From NCBI GenBank assembly GCA_040954595.2, contig CM082577.2:10069846-10133845 (forward strand): 64,000 nt of DNA, written 5' to 3'. A model generated the notes under the pieces. The model was not told the DNA's origin and ran no database searches. It saw only the letters and a program-made list of their open reading frames with translations. The position numbers were made by a program, and so were the translations under genes. The DNA is from Balanoglossus misakiensis (taxonomy: Eukaryota; Animalia; Hemichordata). Below are positions 40,223 through 52,000 of the stretch, in pieces. Within the stretch, counting starts at the first letter, position 1, and each line of letters opens with the position of its first letter.

Positions 40223-41957
40223 AAATACCCAGATTCGGCTTGTCAACTTAGCCCGTACGTGTGTAACAACAAGTCCGTGAGCAATTGAACAAAAGACTAC
40301 AGCTGGTGTAGAGAACAAATAGGCTGAAGTGAAAATAGAAAAAGGTTACAGCTGGACGCTCCCGTGGCTGGCTGTTTTCCATTGCACTTTGGTCTCGGCA
40401 CGTGTATTGATATGACCGGAGTGTGTCCTTACCAAAATTAAGCGTGGACTGAGATAACAGTTCATAAGTATGACGCCATAACATAATAATAGATGTCACT
40501 ATTCGGCGAATAATGGGCGTTACTCATTAAAAGCCCGGTTCGTAGAAATCAGTCACGTGATATTTATCAACAGTAGAAGGGTCAGACTGGGTAGGGTCAC
40601 CTTGCCATTCTGCTGCAGACGTTACGCAGCACAGGTAGTCGGCTGTACACTGTGGCGTTTAAAGTGAAAGAGGCGGATTTCTACACACTTACGGTAAGAT
40701 ATAATAATATGAAATTAGATAATGGAAGGTCTCAATTATCTGACAGCAATGGGCGTCGAACTTGCACGGGATAATCAGTTACAGAGTTTTAATTTCGACC
40801 CGTTATTATATAGATTACGTTGTACCCAACTCTATGGATCTCCCCTTACATTAAATATACGTTTGCGTATCACTACAGTAGATTTATATCAATACCGGAT
40901 ACAATTAACCAATAATAGCTGTTCTTTCTGGTGATTGCTTACATGTATGTCGTTGACTATAATAATATTTATAATAATGATAATTATTTCGCCAGAAAAA
41001 AATGACGCTGTCATCAAAAAATTACTTTCGTTTTTAAAGCAAACTTTAATTTATTTGGATCATCCACCGAAACCCCCGAAACGGGGATTTAAGAGAGTCC
41101 GGCAAGTCAAGTTGTATCAGGAAAGAAAAAAAAGTAGAAACCTCATTGGGCGTACATGTGTATACAAACTCAGGATGACTTACGGAAACAGACCGTCGGG
41201 AGGAAGGACAATGGTCATGATGACGGGTGAAATAGACCCACGAAAGCTGACATCGATTGATTTATTTTACCGAGAAGCAGTCTAGTCATACAATGAGAGA
41301 AGGAGGGAGGAAGGAGAGAGAGGGGAGAGAATTCTATGAAAATTGTGAGTAGTTTCCGACCATTGTATGGTGGTCGATATACAAATTGCAATAAAAAAAA
41401 ATATTAATAAATGAATTAATGCGAAATTTTAAATCAAGTCGAAATGAACACCTTACCGAGAAAGTATGAAGCATATACATTATTTTCAGAGCCGCCACAA
41501 AACAAAATGGCTACTCAACCTCTTTTACTTCCTTGTATTATATTATTAATCAATAACGGAATCTGTAATTAAACTACCCTACTTAGAAAAAGGCTGGATG
41601 GACTGACAGAAACGTTCATAGCGAAAACAAGACATAAGACTACCAAATTGTGTTTAGCTCTGGCGATATTGCCGATACTGATCTCATATACCAAATCATA
41701 TTCTGATCGACACTCTTTTTATCAAAATTGAAAGAGAGCTGGCGAATACGAACAGTTCCACATCAGACAGTGGGAATTTTGTGCAGCAAGCTTGCGGCAA
41801 GAGTGTCACAGCTGTGCTGTTTTTGATATTTCTCCCACAATCGACATTTACGCGAAATCGGGCGTAGATATCAAACCTGTCATTAAAGTTGAGCGCAAAT
41901 TTACCGCACAGTTTTCTAGGACACTTCGTGCATCGCCAAATTTCCAATAACGGTAAT

Positions 41958-42143
41958 TTCCGAGAAACTGGGGGCGAACTCGCCAGGTGCAGCCAGGTCT
42001 GACCAGACATTTAAAATGAAAGCAACATCGTCTCTGATGACGAGAAAGAGAAAGTCTTAGAGTTCTGGACAATAACGCTTATTATTTGCTGTGCTGCACT
42101 GACATACGTCAGAAAAGCTTTCGATTTTGATTCGGCGAAACTG
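41958..42143 (+). promoter_or_regulatory. Candidate promoter with GAS and IRF/ISRE-like motifs
   Basis: TTCCGAGAA (41958-41966), AAAATGAAAG (~42013), GAAAGAGAAAGT (42044-42055), CTTTCGATTTT (~42118), GAAACTGA (~42137); a candidate donor TTC|GTAAAT follows at 42230. Confidence 0.4.
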
Positions 42144-42269
42144 AGCTCGCCGCACTCGAACCATTTACATTGTTCTCGTGTGCTGAATACACGTTATTGT
42201 CGATTTTGCGTGTACCAATTCGCGAATTCGTAAATGGCTATCATTGGACCCTGACCAGTATTTTACAGA

Positions 42270-42625
42270 TTGAAGGGACAAAGTCTCTCTCTCGCTGCCC
42301 TGTTTCCATTAATTATGTTTCAATTTGATACAAGACGTTTCTGTTATTCTACATGTGGATATATAGTGAATTAATGTTCGACCACACACAACTTTCACCC
42401 TGTTTGTGTGGTATGAGAGTAAAAATCTCGCCAAAATGAATAAACGGTAGAGACTGTGTATTCATTTTGGCGAGATTTTCACTCTTGTGTGTACAAGTGG
42501 GATGGAAGTTGTGTGTGGTTGAACGTTGATTCACTATACCCACATGTAGAATAACATAAACGGTGTCTTGTATCGAACATAATTAGTGGGAAAAGTGCAG
42601 CGAGAGAGAGACTTTGTCCCTTTAA
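42270..42625. mobile_element. Palindromic (fold-back) MITE, TTAA-flanked, Kolobok-like
   Basis: AGGGACAAAGTCTCTCTCTCGCTGC...GCAGCGAGAGAGAGACTTTGTCCCT-TTAA; the arms stay complementary up to a short central loop near 42445-42458. Confidence 0.85.
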
Positions 42626-43037
42626 CTAACTAATACTGGGGTACTTTGTTTAGCAGCATTATAAGAAGTACACATTTTTGTTTAGTCCCTAACATTTGAG
42701 TTCAACTTCAATTCAATCTTTGTTTTGTAATAAACACATACTTACAGAGAACATGGTTCGAACAACAATAAGATCATGCATGTACATTATAAAACATTTG
42801 AACTGTAAGTAACTGCATTGCGACATGACATAAACATTCCTTGTACATGTAAATTGTTTGCCAACAAATGTAGATTTCCCTGGGCATGTACATTGTACTT
42901 CTGTTGTTTATTCTTCTGGAATGGGTTGTTTTTGAACTCAGTCGTGACGGTTGCCTTGGCAGCCTTTGTCATTGAAGTTACTTATTAGGTACTCAAATCT
43001 CTTCATATTGTTTGTCTCTTTCTGTGCACAGTGGAAG

Positions 43038-43084
43038 ATGGAGCACCAATCATTTCACGAACTGTACACGTCTGCCAAAATGAG
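43038..43084 (+). CDS. HELZ2: HELZ2-like exon 1 (MEHQSFHELYTSAKM)
   Basis: Acceptor ...tgtgcacag at 43031, AAGATGG start context, donor gtaacg; phase fits exon 2. Confidence 0.55.
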
Positions 43085-46000
43085 GTAACGGCCATACACA
43101 TGAAAAGATGGCAACCAAGGCGATGGAAGATACACCAACTCCTGAGACAAGTCGTGCTGTGCGACAAAAAAGAATCCAGGATGCCTTGAAATTGGCTAAG
43201 TATGCATGAAACAGTTCTTACATTGTTTTGTTGCATTTTGTAAACTTGGAAGTTGGTAGTGTATATATTTCAAGTTCAATCGGAAACAAGTTCTGCCTAC
43301 ATGAGAACGCAAACACGCCACTATACAACCGGGTACTCAGTTGTACTTAAGTTCCCCCTACAATCAAAATGACATCACCTTATGTTGGTGACAAAGGTCA
43401 ACAGCCTCTTTCACGAGACGATTGCAATTGTTGAATTTACAGCTCAGTGTCGTTGAAAGAATTGGACATTTCTGGTCTACATTTCTGGTTTATGTTGGTG
43501 ACAAAGGTCAACAGCCTCTTTCACGAGACGATTGCAATTGTTGAATTTACAGCTCAGTGTCGTTGAAAGAATAGGACATTTCTGGTCTACATTTCTGGTT
43601 TATGTTGGTGACAAAGGTCAACAGCCACTTTCACGAGACGATTGCAATTGTTGAATTTACAGCTCAGTGTTGCTGAAAGAATTGGACATTTCTGGTCTAC
43701 TGCCTTATGGGATTCAATGGAAGTCCTATTTGAGGTCAGTGTTTCCTTTGACAGATAAGTCACTGGCAATAAATGAAAACTGAGTGAAAGAATGTTTTGT
43801 TTTATCTTTCAGTTCTTCAAAGAGGAAAATCATACCGAAGCAAGAGGTAACCATTCACTATTGTAACTTTTTCGAAAGCTGAAAAACAAAAAGACATGAA
43901 AACGCCTTTTTCAAAATAAGGTTAAAAGTTTTGGTAAATAATTGTATTACTTCTTTAAGAGACCAAATGAAAGGAACATATGGCCACGATTTTAATTTCT
44001 TTCGGTCCCAGCAACAGGGATATTTTGTCAGCCACAATACGCTAAATATCATTTCAGCTCCAGGCACTACTCCAAAAACTGCAAAGTGATCTGAAAGAGG
44101 AAGGAAATGAATTACTTCAAGAAAGCCAATTCATTGAAGCCTGTAAAAATTACAATAATGCCATGAGTGTCAAAGCACTACTGAAATCAGAAGGATTATC
44201 CAGTATTCCCTGCTTCGAAGAAGTTGTCCTGTGCAACCGAGCTGAATGCCTGCTTCAAATTGGGGTAAGCGAAAATGTGTTATTTTGATGCAGAAACTAT
44301 TTGTGGTTTGAAAACGTGAAATGTCAAGGTGGCATTAAGTTTATACCTTCTACTAAGATGTCAAGTCGTTTGGCAAAATGTAAGTGAACATTACACCAAA
44401 TACTGCATTTGTTGTAGTAGCACACACTGAAATAGCAAACTACCCACTTAAAAAACCGTAACAGAACAGACATTGGACATTGTGAAACTGGTCCTTTGAC
44501 TTGGCGTTCCTGCACTGTGTAAATTTCGTGTAAACTGTGATTGGTACCATGTTCATTTCATTTCATAGTTTATTCGCTAATGTATGTTTAAAAATAAAAT
44601 ACACCAGAAATCTCATTGGCTCGAACTCTAACAATATTAAGACATTTACAATGTAAAAACAGGGTCAACAAAAACCGATAAAATACAAACACTCACTAAA
44701 AAAGTTACGAGTATCTGGCTAAAGGGTCCATCCCATTCAATTGACGGACTGCTGATGGATAAAAACTTTTCCTATGAAGTTCTGATTTTGTTGCAATTGA
44801 GCGGTAACGCTTGCCTGATTGCAAAAGTGAAAACTGATGAAAGGCAGGATGAGAACAATCGGAGAGTATAGACTTTGTTTTCTTTTGCATCCTAGATCTG
44901 TATAGGTCATCTAATTGAGACAGGTTTACACCAATAATGCGCTCGGCAGAACGTATTACTCTGTTTAATGTTGATGTATACAGTCAGTCTTATGCAGTTT
45001 CTGATATTTTTTCTAGGATGAAGATAGTGTTCGTCAAGCTCTGCAAGACTGCAATGTTGGTAAGAACAAACTCCATGACAAGATTTACATGTATCTTCAA
45101 GTTGTGTTCCAGTGTTTCTGTCACTGACAATTAGACTCACATGCCAAATTCCTATTATATACAGCATATGATAGTAACATTGTTTACAGGACGTTATCTG
45201 GCTAACTTTTGCCAGTAAGTACATTACCAGCAGGTGGTGCATCCACACGCAACTCAAATCAATTCCCAACTGAAATGTTTCATTATTTCTCTTAAAGTGC
45301 TCACACAAATAAACCATGACAACAAATGGGCCATCTATAGGAAAGCAAGGGCTCTAAAGAAACTAGGCAGATTTGGAGAAGCTCACATGATATCAACACA
45401 GTTGCAACGACTATGTCCAAAGGTAATCATTTATTGTATTTTTACATCAGCAAATTGACTTGTGGATTTCTGTCGAAAATTGTAAGGTAGAGTGGTCAAG
45501 CTGTGGTCTTTGCTTAGTATTGGCGTGCGCACACACTATGTGTGCATAACTTGCTATACGTGTGAAATGTAACAGACCAGTTCGTATCCAGGAATTGTAC
45601 TGATATTATGTATTCATAAAACGAAAATAGAGTTTGCAAATGTTCTGCTTATTTGAATAAATGCCCCTGAATAATTGTGGGACTAAGTGCATATCTATGG
45701 CATTCAGATATTAGTCCAGGTTGCCAGGGTATATGTAAGACTGAATTGCATATCTCACTTGACTGTTCACATTATTAACTTTTGCCTCATTATTCCATAT
45801 CAGAACAAACAAGTTTCTGAGCTTCTTAGAGAGATAAATGAACTCATCATGGAAGAGAAACGGCGACATCGTTATTATGGTGCTACATTTACCTCTGCAC
45901 AACACCTACACGAGGTGGGTGAAACATGTTAATTGAGTGGACGGGGCATGAAATAAACACATTTGTCTTTTTAGCTCTGCGTGTATCGTAAATGAACATT

Positions 46001-49000
46001 GAAAATTGTCAACTGACAGATGGACCACTCTGACATCTTTGGGAACCTGGTGCTGAATAAACCTACCAACTTAAACGCCATTCAGCCCACATGTGATGTT
46101 AGATGTTAAAAACAGGAAGTGTGATTAACTTTTCTTCTCAGCTCTATAACAGTACATATGGTGCAGAAGATGACGTCAACGACGAAATTGACATTGAACA
46201 GGTCTGGTGGCCGCCACATATCGATTTGTTGCCACCTGAAATAGCGCCTCATCAACGGAGTGTCCTCAATATGGATTATCTAGCTCCCGGAACTCGTTAT
46301 TACAACCCTGAGTTTGTCGTAAGCGTACAACAGAGAGAGGAGAGACGACAGACACACGCCAAACCTGCACCACCTGTTGTGGATGATGGTGAAGTGGTTG
46401 AATCATGGCTTCCAGATACAGGGAAAAAACATGTCAAGCGGGTGAGCACATTTTAACCCTTTCACCCCCAAGTTCCCTTTTAGAGGTCCAACCTGACCGT
46501 AGAAAAACAATGGGTTTGGACTGGACCATGGCGGGGAAAGAGTAAAAGGCACACCATCCTGTCCATCACTGCAAAACCTCATTAGCCTAATCAACCTTAT
46601 AAATAATTGCAGGAAAGGAAAATGGCCTACACTGTGCATGTTATTTGGTATATATACTCAGTGTTAATTACAATTATTTAAAACTACTAAGGGAGCCCCT
46701 GCGATCGAGGCCTGTCTCTTCAAATGATGGAAAAAACGACATGTATTGTTACAGCCAAAATTTCCTTTTTTACCTATTGAACCATTTTAGGAAAAAACAA
46801 AGAATAAGAAAAGGAGCAAGCCACAGACAAAATCACCACTAAGACCGTCAAGTTCTAACTCCTCAAAAGAAAATGTACTTTACGTTGAATCATCAGAAAC
46901 AACGCAAAGTTCAGGAATAGCGAAAGGAGCTGACGAAATGCACCACAATACCAGGAAAAGTAAGCTTTATTATATTTTGATACCAATTACTATCTATTAA
47001 TTCTAATGTCAGCAACACAGGACTTTTCAACTAAGTGATATCTCTCCTTAACCAGCCAGTTGTTCATCAACTTTTCTATGGCAATCTCTAGATTTGTGTA
47101 GTTTTTGACATTTTTAGTATTGAATTCTATGGAAGCATCAACATGTATGCTATAGAACTTTATACACAATTTTAACGATGGTTGTATGATTATAAACAAT
47201 TCTATTGTGTCTTTTCAGAACAAACAGAAGCGAACAGTGTAGAGGCAAAAATAAAAAAGCCCGAAAAGAAAGAACGACCCCCCATCAAAATATCGGGTCA
47301 GCATGGAAAGCCAGACAGTTCCAAACTTATCAACAAAGGTAAAAACTAGGCCCATGTTAACTACAATGACCGACATTCCGTGGAACTTCATTCATCGTGA
47401 TTTCAAGTTTCAAGTACAGTCAAAAGTGGTGAACGGATGAAGTATGGTAAACCCTACATCCCAGATGTTGATAAATGGAACAATGGGAGGAAACGCTGAA
47501 AAAGCAAGTCGGACCACCTAAACGGTTTGAATACCAAGAACTTACTTATCTATGCTGGTACAGCGTAGTTCATGTTTATAATCAACATTACTTTTCTCTT
47601 CTGAAATTAAGGTTCTGAATCACGCCACTCGTCAGATAAGAGCAAAACATCCGAGTTGCCTACTCCATCTGAAACACTCTCTCGTCCAATCACAACTCAC
47701 CCTGTAGAACAACCCATCCCTGAAGGAACGGTAGCTGCTGCTGATGGTGATGATGACGATGATGGAACAGATTGGATTACCGTTACACCCAAAAAGGTGA
47801 GAAGAGAACATCAGATGGTACACGTCAAAGTGTTAGATGTCAAGAGGATACGCAAGTTACAAGTTTGAATTTTCGTTTTACAACTAGGTTAGTTTTGTGG
47901 TAACATTTCACTTAAAACTTGGCACAGTGCATTCTGCATGAAATGACGTGTGCCAGTAATTCTACCAGTCTTTCAGTCTGCACCTCTTTTGTTTTATACC
48001 GACAGTCAACACCAAAGAAAGTGCCCATGAGCACCCCAGTAACAAAACCGACCGCACGTGAGATGAACATAAAACCGCATTTAGGTAAGTCAATACAGAA
48101 GCTTTGTCCAGTATCTAAAGAATAGAAATTGGAAATAAGTGACATGATATTTCCATAATAAGGTTTCCTCTTTCGTATGAACATAGAAAAATCTTTAGAA
48201 GTGGTCATTCAATGTTTTCTTTTGATAAGGAATTTATCAAGTATTGCTCTTGCCATCTGTTTGCAGCAGCAGATGATAGGGTAAGTAGACCGGGACTTTC
48301 AGCAAAGTCGTACCAGTCCTCGCAACAGCCTTCCAAGAAATCTGTACCTAAGAAAGCACCAGCCGTTACTACCCCACCCAGCATCGACAGTCTGCCAGCG
48401 GCATTCCGTGACATGATGAAGACGCACGACTTCTCTCTGGCCTGTCGGCAGTGTTACACGCAGACACCTGGGCAGTTTGGACAAGGAAGTTACAACTACA
48501 ACACAACTCTCGAACACAACTGTTTCGGTAACATACTTTTGTGCTGTAGAAAAATGGCGAGGGTATTTACCTGGAAGAAGATAAGACCCCGCACGGACAA
48601 GAAATTTGCCGGAAAATATTGTCTGTGCAATGGGTTTAGCAATGAAGAAAGGTGTCCATATCTAGAAGACAAGTGCCCCTTTGGTCACAGTGAGGAGGAG
48701 ATTGACTTCTGGACAAGAGAGCGAAGAGGTAACCTGAAGAGAGAGCCTTTGATGGTATACTTGAAGCATCTACCCAACAAGCGAACGTGCGCCAGCATAG
48801 TGGAAGATGTGGACACTCCTGTTGGACATCACCTGCTGAACACTGGAGCCAAACCATTGGAGAAAACAAGAAGGGCACTGTTTTCTGATCCTGATAAAAG
48901 TTCTGGCCCTTCTGAGAGCAGAGTTAGGGCAACAACCAATATTGTCAGGAATCAAGCATGTCTGCCTGTTAGTGGTACACCAGCCGTACCCAGTATTAAC

Positions 49001-52000
49001 TGGAAGAAAACAGCTCATCTGCCTGTTGGCGGTACTTCAGCCGTTAGCAATATCGACAGGAACCAAGAAGCACGTCTGTCTGCCAGCTGCATTTCAGCCG
49101 TACGCCCTCCACCGAATGCAGTGGGTCCGAAGAGCTCCGAGCTTCCTTTCAGATTAAAAATAATCTGCAAAGCTTGCTGGCAATCAACAAAACAGGTCGT
49201 AGATATTGTAAACGAGGGCGGACGGCGTTCGAGATGTTCCCACCAACAGAGTGAAGAAAACCATGAAATCATACTCTGTGGCAATCGGAAGTGGGTAGAG
49301 GTCAACTGTATTCCTCTGGTAGTGGTGAACAGACACCCAAGCTCATTAAGGATGTGCATCCATTCGTGGAGAGGGAAGGATCATTACAAAGAACTGACAG
49401 GAAGAGAATGTGCCAATCCACATTCTATGGAAGAGATGAAGATGTGGACTTGGCAGTTACAACATAGAGGTATATGTATATGTGTACACTACAGCATTTT
49501 GAAGTGTATCCAAAGGCATTTAATAGTAGTATGAACATTATAGGAAACAAAACGTGAGATTACTCCATGTATCTGTATCATCCTTTTATAACATTTATTA
49601 ATGTTGACAAAATGTATCTGATTAGGCAGAATTTACAAGACCTTTAAAGGAAACCACCATGTTTATGATGGCATGAATGTGGTCAGGGTCTTTATTGGGA
49701 CAGTTGTATGAGACCAGAATTACGGTACTTTCCAACATGATGTGTTTTGATTACTGATTTAATTGTGAAATGTTAGAAATCATCCCAGTAATCACAGTAT
49801 TTTTAATGACTCAACAGTGTTGACCTTAAATGACCTGAAAGAAGTGTTAAAGACCAGTGAACCCGATTATGAAGAGGTGACACAAAAACCAAAAGCAAGT
49901 GCCTGGCAGAGTGGAAATAAGGAAAGGGGCAAAATGGATTGGGCCCACCAGAGACAAGAGTCCAACTATTGCGAGTACTGCAAGAAGCACTGCAACTCAA
50001 GCCTTCAACTCCAGCAACACTTCAAATCGTCAAAGCATGAGATGCGAGTATTGACAGATAAGGACAGAGAGCACGAATGGACACACAGACCACCACCATG
50101 GAATGTTCCTGATAACGAACTGAAATTCTGTCCAAGGTATGGCTTGTTTGGGACGAACTTTAACGTGTGTCACATCCTGTTGAAAAGCTCATTCGGATAA
50201 TTATCTGGACCTTTACTGATTTTGACTTGTTTGTATAGTACAAGTGTGCCGTCTATAGGATCAGAGAGAGAAATAGTCTACGATTTGTGTTATACTTTTG
50301 CAGGGAATCGAAAAGGGCGAAGTCCTGCCCATATGGTGAATGTACGTACGCACACAGTTCAGAAGAATTAGAAGAGTGGAAGGAAAGAGCGACGTATCGT
50401 CGAATGAAAATGGAGAAGGCCAAGGAACAGAATATGTATTCTTTTCTGGATCAGTTACTAGAAAAATACAATGAAGACAACAGTGTGGTAAGCGATTAAA
50501 GTATCTATATTTGTCTTGTGTCACATGAGTACGTACCATTTAAATTGCCTAGCCATGTGAGATCTATCTCTAAGGAAACATGCAAGTGTCCAATGAATAT
50601 ATCACATGGGTGAAGCGGTCTGGAAATTAGGAAAATCTTGTTCAAGTATTCTCCTCAAATCTAGATGACTTGCTGTTGTAGTCCGCTTGTCATATGCATG
50701 AATACAAAATCATTATGCACACAAAAGCGCTTTCATTGTTGCAATTGTCTTATTCATTTTTAGCTGAGTGAATCTATTGAAAACGTGAACGTTGTTTGTA
50801 CATCGGATCAGACGGCCCAACTCGAGAAAACCGGAAGCAATAAACGAACAAAACACGAATGGAGATTCAAGATATCATCAAATAAAGTAAGTGCAATTTG
50901 TAAATTTGCAATCAGAATGGGAAAAGTGCAGGTGGGTGGTCCTACATGAGTTGACCTGAAAAATTAACAGATTATAATGATAGCATGTTTCCACTTCTCT
51001 GATACAGCCCTTTCACGTCGGTTTACTGTACGACATCCACCGTCAGCACTTTCATGTCAGCGACGGTAAAGACAAACTTCAGTTTGCGTCAGCCAGCAAA
51101 TTCACCTCAGAAGAGTGTGACTATGAGGTGACCATAGTCTTTGAGTCCCAGGCGTTTGGAAGCTTCCATCAATGGGTGGTGTTCGACTTTGGATTTGAAC
51201 CAGTGCTGGTGAGAAAGCTGACAGTTCACGTTGGCAGTCCCGAGGCTCTGGAGTCCGTCTGCGATGCAAGGCAACGCACTGATGTCGCATCGTGGAATGA
51301 AACTAACAGTAACATCATTAGATTCGATACGTCGGCCCAAAGCAATGCAGATGACGCCCTTTTGAAGAAATACAAAGACCCATCATCATCCAAGGAAGAA
51401 AGTTTACAAGTCCAGAAGTTTGAACTCAGCATGAAAAACTACATACATCAAATGCACCGACTGCTGAACGTAGAAGAACTGTCTCAAATGAAGATCTTAG
51501 AAGAGTAAGTATCATTTAAAAGCAATCTGATTAAAATCAGCTGTAGGGATAGGCTGGTCTAATAAGATTCAACTGAAAAGATAACTTTTTGCATATCCCA
51601 TATTCCTGATTCGATTTCTGTTATTAAACACAAGAGTGAAGTTTTTGTCGTGTTCCAAGTTTACTGAAATGTGGAAAGAAGGATGTGTCAGGTGTTATAA
51701 TATTTACGGGACTATTAAAGATGAATTAATGTTTACAAAAATGTTATCAGATGAAATTGTCTAGATATTTCTAAAAATATCTCTGTTTACCTTTTAATTT
51801 TGTTTACAGATTTTGTTATAAAACAAGAATAACCGTGTCAAAGTCAATAACCCAAGAATCCACTTTTGGAACGGATACACGATACGCCCAGGATGGTGCA
51901 CTTTACGGCCAAGTTCAACTTGAACAAGAACTTTCTGATGACTACGAAGCAGGTAGAATTGTTCTCAGAAGTGTCAGTACGGTGTTGGTGAAGGAGTGTG

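Noticed and set aside
43381-43700. Possible CRISPR-like array
   Set aside because: Units are contiguous with no unique spacers, the context is a eukaryotic intron, and there are no cas genes
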